Source: Cetorhinus maximus
Lineage: Eukaryota
Direction of reading: 5' to 3'
Assembly: GCF_964194155.1 (NCBI RefSeq)
Contig: NC_135882.1
Location: 135,470,001-135,534,000 of the forward strand
Length of the DNA stretch: 64,000 nt
Shown here: in pieces, positions 47,600-60,052 of the stretch
How positions within the stretch are numbered: the first letter of the stretch is position 1
Layout of the letters: the number at the start of each line of letters is the position of its first letter
Notes under the pieces: generated by a model
The model's input: only the letters and a program-made list of their open reading frames with translations
Databases searched by the model: none
Told to the model about the DNA's origin: nothing
Made by a program: the position numbers and the translations under genes

Positions 47600-49350
47600 G
47601 GCCCAGCCCTTCTAGTCTCTGGGTTGTTAGAGCCAAGATGCACATCAGGACAACATAGAAGTCCTGACAGGCTGATATTCATGGGAATTGCTTGTGAAGT
47701 TTGAACTTCTGATGGGCAGCTGTGGTGCTCCCTGGGACCCTCCGAAAATGTCTCTGACTCTAAATTAGAGTCGCAGACTTTGGACAGTTCCAATGTACTT
47801 ACCAGGATAGTTACCCAGGAAATGTTTGTCAGTAAAATCCTAATCTAACTCCTGGGTAACTACACAACTGACCATACCCCCAACCCCAGCAACAATCACT
47901 CATACTGACACCCCCCCCACCCCACGTCCCCCATCGCTCACCACCGTGTCGGTGGTGGAGGGAGTGAATGTTTGTGGATGTGGTGCCAGTCGAGTGGGCT
48001 GCTTTGTTCTGGATGGTATCCAGCTTCTTCAGTGTTGTGGGAGCTGCACTCATCCAGGCAAGTGGGGAGTATTCCATCACACTCCTGACTTGTGCCTTGT
48101 AGATGGTGGATAGGCTTTGGGGAGTCAGGAGATGAGTTACTTGTCACATGATTTCTAGCCCCTGACCTGTTCTTGTAGCCACAGTATATATATCACTGGT
48201 CCAGTTCAGTTTCTGGTCAATGGTAATCCCCAGAATGTTGATAGTGGGGATTCAGTGATGGCAATGCCATTGAACATTAAGGGGTGATGGTTGGATTCTC
48301 TCCTGTTGGAGATCGTCATTGCCTGACACTTGTGTGGCATGAATTCACCAAGGCTCCTTCGACAGCACCTTCCAAACACATGACCACTACTACCTAGAAG
48401 AAGGGCAACAGATAGATGGGAACACCATACCTGGAGGTTCCCCTCCAAGTCACTCACCATCCTGACTTGGAAATATATCGCTGTTCCTTCACTGTTGCTG
48501 GGTCAAAATCCTGGAACTCCCTTCCTAACAGCATTGTGGGTGTACCTACACCACATGGACTGCACTGGTTCAAGAAGGCAGCTCACCACCACCTTCTCAA
48601 GGGCAATTAGGGATGGGCAATAAATGCTGGCCCAGCCAGCGAAGCCCACATCCCATGAATGAATAAAAAGAATTTTTAAAAAACTGACCTCCACGACTCC
48701 TCTTCGACCCCCTGTCACCGACTACCCCCACTGACTCGCTGACCAGACCTGACTACCCCACAACACAACTAGCCCTCCAGATCTGGCCCGACAAACCCCC
48801 AATCCATCTCCCCATTTTCCACTTGCTACCCTACTAACCTGCCACTCTATCCACCTGTCCCCTTACTCACCTGCCACCCTACCTGCCTGCCACCCTACCC
48901 GCCTACCATACTACTCACCTGCCACCCTCCTCATCTACAACCTCACCCATCTTCCTCCCTATCAATCTACCAACCGACCCACTTCCCACCCTATCCACTT
49001 ATCTCACCTATACTACCCAATTTCCTCACCCACCTACCCACTTACCTCACCCACCTACCCACCCTAACATCCTATCCATTCATTCATTCATCCACTCATC
49101 CATTCACCCATTCACTAACATTTGCATCAGAAATTTAAACTTATGATATGGCAATAGTGCCATAAAAAGGGGCTTGTCTTCTGCGCTGATTGTCTTCACA
49201 GGCCTCTGCATGGATCTCTGCGCTGAGCAAGTTCTTCAGAATGCTGCATCAGAAGTCGGATGCTTTTAAACGTAACCAGGGAAGTGCACAGTTTTCTGAC
49301 TGATTAGCATAGGACGCAACAGTTCCAACACTGATCAGAAGATTTGGGCC
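47600..49350. mobile_element. Harbinger-type element (family B) hosting an inverted LINE insertion
   Basis: Termini ggcccagcccttct / agaagatttgggcc with a perfect ACT TSD. C-rich ccaccctacc-like repeats lie inside. Confidence 0.78.
47945..48680. mobile_element. CR1/L2-group LINE with 5' inversion
   Basis: 47945-48342 is antisense and 48343-48680 is sense through the 3' tail. Confidence 0.85.
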
Positions 49351-49719
49351 ACTAATTGCATGGCAAATATTTTACGGGTCCCTGCTAGTGTCACAGTAAA
49401 GCCCAGCCAAGAGGTCCAAGATTATTGTTCAGAGACATGTCTCCAGTACTGGGACTTTCCTTGGGAGTTCTCCTGAATGGCCATTGCAGCTTTAGAAGAA
49501 GAAATGCAGATACAGATGTACAATATATTACAGTACAGCTGAGGCCATTCAGTCCATCATGCCTGAGCCAGCTTTGAAAGAGCTATCCAGTTAGTCCCAC
49601 TCACCCACTATTTGCGCATAGTTCTGCAAATGTTTCCTTTCCAAGAAAGTTCCCATTTGCAAGCTAATTTTGCTTTAGCATTGCTTCCACCAACCCTTCT
49701 AGAGAGTACATTCCAGGTT

Positions 49720-50545
49720 GCTGAAAAAAGAGACATGTTGTTGAAGCTTTTCATTTTGCACCCATCAGGACAGATGCAAAAATGCCACATTTCAAAGGGA
49801 ACAACAATTTATACTGCTTGAGAACTGGGTGCTGATTGGTTGGCAAGCGGAATATGATTGGTAGAGGCATTGCCATAGAGAATGCACCAGGGACCAGTTA
49901 ACTGCCAAGCTTTTGTTTAAATTCAAACCAGGCTAGTTGACTCTGATTGGTCAAGACATTGCCATGTGGAATGAACCAGGGAATGGATGTCCCTAAAACT
50001 TTTGTTTAGTTGAGAAAGGCACAATGCATGGACATGTTCTTTTGTTTGCAAAAGACAGGGCCCTGTGTGTGAATATATGTAGCTTCTAACATGTGTAAGA
50101 GCCACGCTGCGGGTCTGACTGATAATCTTAAACTGGTTGTTAGTGTAATTCTTAGCCCAATCGAGATTGTTTACTAAGTGCAGTCTAATTGCAGAATCAC
50201 ATCTAATGTTGCACACTATATTTTGAGTTTTACAAGCATGGGCTGGTTCAGTATGCTCAATAGTTTGCCTGTTGCGAACAGCCAAAGGGACATGTTGTTG
50301 ATACAATCCATCAGTCACTGGGACGTACAGCCTACATACCTAGCATCACACTGGCACTGAAATTCATATCCCACATTACATGTTTGTGTGGTGAGCAGAA
50401 TGTCTTTTTGGCTTGACGACAGCATCCTGTTAGTGGAGAATACCACTCGTGTTGCTACTGAAAAGTGAAACGGTTAGCTTCACCTGTTGCTCAAATTTTT
50501 CAGACACCTTACCTTTCCAGGATAATCTGAGGCAGAATGGGCAGT
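49720..50545 (-). mobile_element. Penelope-like element (family 2) 3' part, inside a CR1 fragment
   Basis: DSAIRLHL...QFKIISQ GIY-YIG C-terminus. The 3' end is shared with 13345-13680, and CR1 flanks it at 49520-49710 and 50575-50880. Confidence 0.8.
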
Positions 50546-52399
50546 TTTCATGACCATTCCATATTATAACAACTCACTGTGTAAGAAAATGTCTCCTCAT
50601 CTCCTCCCTGGTTTTTTTGACAATTATCGTGAGTCGGTGTTCTTCGTTTACTGATGCTCCTGCCAGTGGAAATAGTTTCTCCCTGTCTATTCTATCAAAA
50701 GATTTCTCGTCATTTGGATCGCCTCCATTAAACCTCCCCATTACCTTTATAAAGTGAATAGTCACAGCTTCTCTTGACTCCCCTCATAACAGAAGTCCAT
50801 CATCCCTTAAATTTTGGTATAGTGCCTCTTCTTCAAGCCCTTGGCCTTATTTCTGAAGTACGATGCCTGCACACTATCAAGAACTCTGTTGTCCATTTAA
50901 TCTCCTGAGGAAATGTTTCAACAGTTTTACTCCACCTCTTTCCCTATAGCAAAATTAAACAAGCCATCAAAGACCCCTACAACCCCATATCCCACTTATT
51001 ATTTATTTTGACAAGGGCCCTACTGTAATTCCTAACAGCTCAAGGTCACCATGCCTCACATGAGATTTGATCATCTCCATCTGTACCCATCCTTACACTT
51101 TTCATTCCCATTCTTAATCTTTATTCTTGTCTAATGTCTAACCCACTTGTATAATGTTTTCGCTCTTCCATCCTGCATACCTGGAGATTAATTTCAACCT
51201 GCTTATTTTTTTAATTCAAACTTTGCAATTTTAGCAATGGATACATTAACACATTCATGTAAAATTCCCCTCTGCCTGCCATTTCAATTTGTTTATTTAA
51301 ATCCCTTGTTAAACTGGTGAAGGGAGGGGCATGTGATAATCGCACTTTAACACACTCATGACTAACATTGCAACATGATTTCAACACCAAGGTCACTGGA
51401 ATTGTATTGAGTAAATAAATCCCGTGATGCTGTGGAAGTTCAAGGAATAGAGATGCTGTTTATTTCATAAATGGCATTCAGCAAATGGGGAGCTAAGTGA
51501 GTCACTTGCGTAGCAAATGAATTAATGAGTTTCCTTCCTTCGTTTAGCTCCAGCATTCATGAGATGATCTAATCTTTATAGAAACCATTCTGCAAGGCTG
51601 TAGTACAATATGTTTGTTGTTTTTTGTGTTTGGAGTAGTTGTTTCCAACACTTGCCCAGATATGATTCCATTTATTTTCCTGAGTATTTTCGTTCTAAAT
51701 GTTTTAGCTGTTGCGTCAGTTTTCAGTTATTCTTCCTTTCCAGTTATCCATACACACCTCCATGGTAAGCACTAGTCCATGGAATTAAGAGGGTGGAGAA
51801 GGAGCTCATAGTTTGGGAGAAAATAAATAAATGACTAAAGACTTGCACAGTGCACTTCACATTTTCACAATGTCCCAAAGTGCTTTATAGAGGGTGAAAG
51901 AGGCAGAGAGAGAGAGAGACATGACTCGGTCTACTAAGGAATTGTCTTTCATTCCTTGAAAAAGCCATGAGTTTGTTACAGAGAGCTCACCCTATCTGTG
52001 CAAATCACTGTATGGTTATGAAACATTAGGGTTCCTGGCATATTTTGTCTGTAGAAATGTTTCGATGAGGAGGTCAATTTACCAATGTGTAGTGTAGGGA
52101 AGTGGGACTTGATGCATGTTCCAGAGATTTTCTTGGTTTTTTTTTTAAAAAAGACTTGTATTTATGAACTGTCTTTATTTTGCCTCTTAAAAATGTCTCA
52201 CAATGCTTTTAAACAAAGTTTCAACAATTTCACTTTCCTAATGAGATGTCATGCACAAGAGGCATAGACCCACAACACACTTTTTTGTGACTCCTGACGG
52301 TATAACATCAGTAAATTTGCACAACAAAATGTTGTTAAATAGGCAAGCATTGCAGCCATTAGCTAGATAGACAGACAGACAGACAGGCAGTCAGTCAGT

Positions 52400-52842
52400 C
52401 TGTCTTGGCTCAGTAGTAGCATTCTTACCTCTGAGTCAGAAGGTTGTGGGTTCAAATTCCATTCTATAAACATGAGCATATAATCTAGGTTGATATTCCA
52501 GTGCAATAATGAGAAAGTGCTGTATCAATAGAATTGCTGTTCAGATAACAAATTACATTAGTCTGATTCTGCCCTTTCAGGTGAATGTAAAAGATCCAAT
52601 GGCACTGGTTGAGAAGAGCAGGAGTGTTTACCACAGGATCCTGGCCAAAATCTATTATTCACCCAACATCACTAAACAACTAATCATCTGGCCATTGCTG
52701 TTTGAGGAACCTTGCTGTGTGCACATTATTTGCCATATTTCTTGCATTATATTGGTGACTATACTTCAAAAGTTCTAAGTTGGTAGTAAAGTTCTTTGAC
52801 ATGTCTTGAGGTTATGAAATACACTAAATGCAAGACTTTATT
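52400..52842 (+). mobile_element. Deu-domain SINE preceded by an (AGAY)n/(AGTC)n microsatellite
   Basis: tggctcagtagtagc A box, gggttcaaattcc B box, Deu core. Confidence 0.8.
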
Positions 52843-53861
52843 TTGATTAGACTCATCTCAGGTCGCCCTTCTACCCAGGAATCCCATCCTTGCTTTGTTC
52901 TCTGTTAATATGAAGAACCTCTTGACATCAGTCCTAAATGTAATAAATTTAGTTTGAAGTAGTGTTCCAGATGTATCTTTTCAAATCAATTATGAGCTTA
53001 CATGCCTCTATACAAGGTCCTGTCTCAGTTCCATACCAACTTCCTCCTGTTTTTCCACATAATTCAGTGCTCTAAACCTAGAGATCAGCCATCTGGTCCT
53101 TCTCTGAACTGCCTCCAAAACTTTAAAATCTCCCTTGCAGTTCAGTAACCCAAAGTGAGTGCAGTACTCAATGTGTCATCTGTCCAGAACACGCAACAGT
53201 TTCAACATGGCCTCTGACCTACACTCAACTGCTTTTGTTATATTGATCAACATTTGATTTGGCTTTAATAAAAACAGAAAATGTTGGAAATACTCAACAA
53301 GTCAGACAGCATCTGAGGTGAGAGAAACAGAGTTAACGTTTCAGGTCAATGACTTGCCTTTGCCTTGTTGATTGTTCCTCTACAGTGACTTATTGAGTGT
53401 GGGATCTACCAGGACCCATAAATCTCTTTGAACTTCAACCTTAGTTATTGTGGCATCATATTTTTTTTGCCATATGCAAGTACTTTGCACCACATTTTCA
53501 AATAGAGCCTCGGGATCTTTATGTTTTGATGAGGTTTCACTTACTCTACGAGTGACTTGCAGATACTCAGTATACAATTTTTCTTGAAACTTTATTTAGC
53601 ACTACTTACAACTTTTCTGTGTCATGTTCTCTTGGAGCTTCTTGGTCACCTGACTATTGATATTATGCTTACATCATCATTAACAGCATTGTCTAATTAA
53701 CATAACCATTAACTCTTTGCTCTACACTTCAAACAGATAAATAGGGCCTCAATTTAACACCTCACCTGAAGCAGAAACTTTAAGAATTTTTCCTAATGAG
53801 ATTAAATGCATAGGATGTAGTTCAAATCAGAAAGGATCATATATTGTCTGTGGAAGGCATG

Positions 53862-54111
53862 TGTCATATTTTTATAATGATATGAAGACACCACTCACTC
53901 ATTAGAGATTGGATAAACACGCTGTGTGTTCATTTACTAAGACTAGCACATGAGAACAGATCTGCAAAGGTATAAAGCTTCAAGATGCCAGCAGCAAAGC
54001 TGACTGCTGTGTGCTCTGCTGAAAGCAAAGGTGAAACTAAAACAGAATCGCATGACATACTTTCTTTCTAGTGAAAGGCATGCTGCTATTCCTTAAAGGC
54101 ATATTACAACA
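53862..54111 (-). mobile_element. Solo LTR (Gypsy/Mag-type)
   Basis: TG...CA with a perfect 5-bp TSD (GCATG); reverse-complement homolog of 59800-60052. Confidence 0.85.
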
Positions 54112-54547
54112 GCATGGACTTGATAAACTTTAAGGTTCTTTAAATAAGCACATGCCCTACCACTTCAAGGTGTAATACATTTGAGTCAGCAACTACATCC
54201 AGGTGTTCAGATCATGTGGAGCGCTCAAGCACTAGGACCTTGACATCATCTGCGAGTCATCACATCCTTGAACTTTAAGAAACTGCACTGCAAATGAACA
54301 AGTTTCATCATGTCTTCAGGAAACAGCTTTCAAAAAACTTTGGAGAACCAGTCCATGGTGCTAACATAAAGGATGAACAATGTGTCCACAGGGGGAAATA
54401 ATATATAAATTGGCCCTTAATTTAATGCCAAATTTTTCATAATCTAATGATCTTGTGTGTGGGCGTCAGTCACAAAGTTGGCATTTGTTGCCAATCCTGA
54501 GTTATCCTTGAGAAGGCAAACTGCTGATATTGGTTTCAGCCATGTTT

Positions 54548-54892
54548 TTCTTATTCGTTCATGGGATTCGGCATCGCTGACTAGGCCAGCATTTATTGCC
54601 CTTGTTGAGGGGGCATTTTTAAGAGTCAACCATATTTCTGTGAGTCTGGAGTCACATGTAGGCCAGACCAGGTGAGGGCAGCAGATTTCCTTCCCTAAAA
54701 GACATCAGTGAACCAGATGGGTTTTTATGACAACTGTTTCATGGTCATCATTAGACTTTGAATTCCAGATTTTTATTGAATTCAAATTCCACCATCTGCT
54801 GTGGTGGGATTTGAACTCAGAACCCCAGAGCACTACCCTAGATCCCTGGATTACCAGTTCAGTGACAGTACCACTGCACTACCACCTCCCCA
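54548..54892 (-). mobile_element. tRNA-headed LINE head+tail SINE
   Basis: Homologous to 32950-33465. Confidence 0.8.
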
Positions 54893-54957
54893 GTATTGGG
54901 TCAGAATTCTCAGACTGGGTAAGGAGGACAGGTTTATAACAAGCTGACAGATTGATA

Positions 54958-55085
54958 GGGCGGGATTTTCTGGCCCCGCCTGCCAGCAGGATCATCTAGT
55001 CCCGCCGAAAGTCAATGGGCTTTTGGTTAGGCCATCGAATCTCCCGCAGCGGGTCCAACCATGATGGGGCCAGAAAATCCTGGCC
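54958..55085. mobile_element. Tourist-like mini-MITE (family C)
   Basis: gggcgggattttct / agaaaatcctggcc termini. Confidence 0.8.
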
Positions 55086-55349
55086 ATTGTCACTTTTACT
55101 GATGTTGGGTTTTTTTATTTTCAGATGTTTCAAAACTGAAATTAAAGTGTCAAACTGCTACGGTTCTCTGGATTTTTATCCCAGGCCTCTGGAATATGAG
55201 TACAGTAACATAACCACTGCATTATTACTTCCTTGATAATTGGTGGCCTATATACTTGTGCTCATCAAAGTGAGCAGCATTAAACTCAGGTCTGGAGCAT
55301 TTCCTATTTTTGGCATCCAACAATAGTATCCAGAACTTCCAGAGAAAGG

Positions 55350-55702
55350 AAGTACTTGCACTTATATTGGGCTATTCTTTACCCAGGACGTTCCAAAACA
55401 CTTTACATTTACAGCCTATAAAATGTAATGTAGGAAATGTAACAGCTAATTTCTGCATAGCAAGATCCCACAAAGAGCAGAGATAAACAATCAGTAATCT
55501 ATTTCAGATGTTGGTTGGGGGATAAGTGTTGACTAGGGCACTTCCCTATCTCTGCTTTAAAATATTGACACGGGATTTTTTTATGTCTATCTGAGAGCAC
55601 AGACTGGGCCAAACTGGAATGTCAGCCTCAATTTTGTGTTCAAGTCTCACTTGATCCCATACTTTTCTGACTCAGAGGTGAGAGTGCTACCACTGAACCA
55701 TG
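55350..55702 (-). mobile_element. Deu-domain SINE
   Basis: Colinear with 22683-23112. Confidence 0.7.
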
Positions 55703-56324
55703 GAAGACACATTGTTGAGGTTAACCTCCTCCTACGCTATGTCCAATGTCATAAAGTCACCCTTTACTGTACTAATACATAACTCAGTTGCCTAGCCCAA
55801 ACAATTTTATGGGTTGATGCAGTGGGACCAGCAGCACTGAAATAGAGGCAGTTTTGTAAGTTAGGCTCCAGACCATAAGGAATTGTGCAGAAGTACAGCT
55901 ATACTTGTTCAACAGTTTAAAGCTGTTAAAGAGAGAGAGGAATTTTATTCCATTCCACCCTAACAGTGACTGGATAGAGTTCTGACTCATGACATCACCC
56001 AAGCCTGCTGCATGTTTTCCATTTTACACTCAAGATTGGTTGAGAATACTACAGGATTCTTTATTAGATGAATGTTGTGTTATTATTTAAAATTATGAAT
56101 AATGTTATATGCTGACAGGTGCACTCATACAGTCACTCCACCACCAGGCTAGGCGCTGGCGCAAAAGATGTTGTTTAAGACATTTGTTGCTTGGCAACCC
56201 CACAAAACTAAGGATGCACAAAATGTACATATTTATGAAAGAAGGATTTGCATTTTTATGCACCTATCATGGTGTTAGAACTTTCCAAAGTGCTTTATCA
56301 CTAATTAAGGACTTTTGGAGTATG

Positions 56325-57072
56325 GGGCGGAACCTTGTGCAGAAGACAGGGGTCTAGACTGCCCGGCTGAAGCGCCAACCTCTTTTAAAGAAGGTCTGCC
56401 ACATCCTCTGTCATTCAAAATTTAACAGGCCAGCAGTGGCCTTCTCCCGGTATCAAGGATTCCTGAGGGGGCGGAAGTCCTGCCCACTGGAAGTTACTAG
56501 TCAATCAGAGGCTACCAGTTCCTCTGAACTCAATAGCACCACCGGAGAGGCAGTAGCTGCTGTCAGTATTATGCATGCCCTAGACCTCGGATCAAGGGGG
56601 TACCCAGGCACAGGTGAGTGATGGCGGACAGGTGTAACATGGTGGGTGGTTAGCAGTTGAGGGGTTTGGGAGGGTTGGAAGCAAATGCAGGGGGTTGGCT
56701 TTCAAGGCAGATCAGACACTGTGCCTTTCAACGAGGGACCCCCTCTTAGAGCCGCAAGTAAACATGCCAGGCTTTGATTGTGAAGATTCTCATATGGTGA
56801 GCCCCCTGTCCACTGCTGGGGTACTACCGGTGGCTGAAGTCCTTAAGTGGGCATTAATTATGTCAGATGACTTTTAGGTAATTCAATGCTAATTAATTGC
56901 CCACATAAGGCCTCAAGTGGCAACGGGGTGGGAAGGCTGTCCACAGGCCTTCTCGCTCCAGACTTAATTGGGGTGGAGGTGCGAAGCTGGTGGGATCACC
57001 AACCGCCACCCTCCCATCTGATTAAATATCCCTCACCACCAAACTTTCCATTGGGAGGGCACAAGATTCTGT
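56325..57072. mobile_element. Harbinger-type MITE within a Deu SINE
   Basis: gggcggaacctt ... aagattctg; interior ccttaagtgggcattaatt. Confidence 0.6.
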
Positions 57073-57829
57073 TTATATGCTCTGTCGAATGTAGAAGACA
57101 TCACAGTTAAATTTCACATCGCAAGGGCCCAGAAACAGCAGTGGCCAATAAATGACCAGATAACAGAAGGCATTGGTGGAGGGTTAAACGTTGGGCCAGG
57201 GTGCTGAGAGAACTCGACACCAAAGAGTGCTAGGGTTCTTTTGGATCTACCGAAAAGCAAAGATTGAGGTCTAGTTTAAGCTCTCACCCAGAAGACAACA
57301 CATTCAAATGGTACTATCCTAGATAACATTCTCAGCTCACTGGAGAAAGACTTGAACCTACAACCTTCTGATTCTGATGTATTGAGCTACATATAGCAAT
57401 TGATTTACTGATCCCACATCCCTAGCTGTGCTCAAAGCAGAGTGTCAGTTGGAGATACAGCTGCAGCACTGTGACACAGATTGTCCAACCTATTCAACTT
57501 TTGAGCACAGCAGCTTGCTGGCAAGCTGTATCTTAACCTGATTCAGCTGCCAATGTTGCTAGCAGTGAGTCAGAAGGTAGTGGCTTCAGAGACTTTAGGC
57601 TAACTTTAGGGAGAAAATAAAACATTGCTATTTTGTTAAAATTTGTTTTTGGCATATGGGCATTCCTTCAAAGGTTGGCATTTATTGCCATCTTTCGTTG
57701 ACCTTGAGAAGGTGATGGTGGGTCTTTTTGAGCTGATTCACTCTTATCCGTGGATACAACTAAGCGTCTTTCTAGCATATTCCCAAGAGCAGTTAAGAGT
57801 CAACAATATTAGTGTGGAACCGGTGTGGG

Positions 57830-58120
57830 AACTCACCAAGGCTCCTCCTCCAAATTCGTGACCTCTACCACCTAGAAGGACAAGGGCTGCGAATACATGG
57901 GAACACCACCACCTGCAAGCTCTCCTCCAAGCCACAGACCATGCTGACTTGGAACTATATCACCATTCCTTCACTGTTGCTGGGTCAAAAAATCTGGAGC
58001 TTCCTTCCATACTGCACTGTGGATGTATCTACACCAGATGGCCTGCAGAAATTCAAGTATGCAGCTCACGCCATCTACTCAAGGGGAATTAGGGATGGGC
58101 AATAAATCCTGGCCTTGCCG
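57830..58120 (+). mobile_element. CR1/L2-group LINE 3' end
   Basis: Homologous to 48343-48680. Confidence 0.8.
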
Positions 58121-58384
58121 TAAAGAAGGCTGCAGGCTGGAATCTGAGTGAAAAGAAATGAGGAAAAGGAGCAAACTATTAAAGAACAGCTAATGAGAAA
58201 CCAAACTGTACAAAGCAGCACAGTGCACAGTTCTGAAGGAGAAGGAGTCAATAAGCTTTGGGGAGAACCTCTTTCATTATCTGGACAAACTAACAAAGTT
58301 CTTTTATATTGAAAGATGGCCAATTATTGGTCGTGAAAGACAACTCTCAAGCATTAAACAGGGGCAGTGACCATGTCTGTATTT

Positions 58385-58757
58385 TTTTTTCTTCATCCTT
58401 TCATGGGATGTGTGCATCACTGGCCCAACTCAAATTGCCCTTGAACTGAGTGGCTTGCTAGGCCATTTCATCGGGCAATTAAGAGTCAACTACATTGCTC
58501 TGGGTCTGGAGTCACATGTTGGCCAGACCAGATAAGGATGGTAGAGCGGACATTAGTGAACCACTAGTGGGTTTTTTCAATAATTAATGATAGTTGCATG
58601 GTCACCATTACTGATAAATTTCAACTCCAGATTAATTTATTGAATTTAAATTTCACCAGCTGCTGTAGTGGGATTTGAACCCATGGCCCCAAAACATTAG
58701 CCTGGGCCTCTGGATTACTAGTCCAGTATCATTACCATTACACCACCATCTTCCCCT
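58385..58757 (-). mobile_element. tRNA-headed LINE head+tail SINE
   Basis: Same junction (gcccttgaactgagtggc) as 32950-33465. Confidence 0.8.
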
Positions 58758-59109
58758 CAATGACTTGAAAGACTTGAGAAGAAAACAAAGGCAAGCAACA
58801 ATGAGTATTACTCTGCACTGGCAGCACTGGACAAGGGAAAGTGTAATGACACCAGTTCGACATATGGATAAATGTGCTCATTTACTCATGTTCATGTCAC
58901 CTGCTGTTTTCATAGAGGAAGTAAACCCCAACATACTGAACAAGAATCTGAAGAGGAGCATCTAACTGGAATCCCAACCATTACTGCCCTCACTTGACTC
59001 CTCATCTGCTTTCAACCTTGGCCACCCCAGCCCTTTAAGTCTGCCTTCCATGTTCACTCTTTCTTTTATGCCACATGTGCTGCTCAGGTCCCAGTCTGCA
59101 AGGCAATCC

Positions 59110-59700
59110 TACCTAAGCAGGGAAGTTGTGCCAAACATTTATAAATCAATGTTTAGACCTCAGCTGGGTCCAATTCTGAGCATCACATTTTGGAAGATGC
59201 CAAGTCCTTGAAGAGGGTGCAGAGTATATTGCTGAACAAATGCTAAGGATGAGGGACTTCAATTATGTGGAGAGACTTGAGAAGCTGCAATTGATTTCCT
59301 TAGAGCAGAGAAAGTTAAGGGCAGACTTAATAGAGTTGTTTAAATTTATGAAGCTTTGAATGCGTAGCTGGTGAGAAACTGTTTCCACTGGCAGGAGGTC
59401 CTGTACTCAGAGGATACAGATTTAAGATAATTAGCAAAAAAAAAAACATAGGGTGGAGACCAGGAGAAATTGTTTTACACAGCCAGTTGCAATTGGATGT
59501 ACTGCATGAAAGGATAGCGGAAGCAGATTCAATAATAACTTTCAAAATGAAATTGTCCTTTACTTGAAAAGGGAAGAAATTGTCCAGCAATGGGGAAAGA
59601 GTAGGGAAGAGGGATTAATTGGATGATAAGAGAGCCAAAGAGCCGGCACATACACATTGGACCAAATTGCTTCTTCCTATGCTGTAAAATTCTATAATGC
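59110..59700 (+). mobile_element. CR1 LINE 3' fragment
   Basis: gagggtgcagag...ttagagcagagaa.gttaaggg RT C-terminus and tail. Confidence 0.75.
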
Positions 59701-59799
59701 TAATATTCATATCCAAGTTAATTTACTGCCTTCCTCCTCAGGCTGGGAATTTGGAGTTATTCAATGACTCTCCTTCACATTCAGATAAAAGGAAACACA

Positions 59800-60052
59800 T
59801 GTTGTAATATGCCTTTAAGGGATAGCAGCATGACATCACTAGAAGGAAAGTGTGTCATGAGATCCAGGCATAGTTTCACTTTTGCTTTTGAGCAGGGCGC
59901 ACACACATACACACAGCTCTGCTGCTGATGTGTTCAAGCTTTCCATCCATGTATATCTGCTCTCATGTGCTCAGTCTTAATAAATGAACCCACAACGTAT
60001 TTACCCAATCTCTGATGAGTGATTGGTGCCTTTAGATCATCATAACACAACA
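59800..60052 (+). mobile_element. Solo LTR, same family as 53862-54111
   Basis: tgttgtaatatgcctttaag...aataaa...caaca; flanks ACACA/AAACA. Confidence 0.8.
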
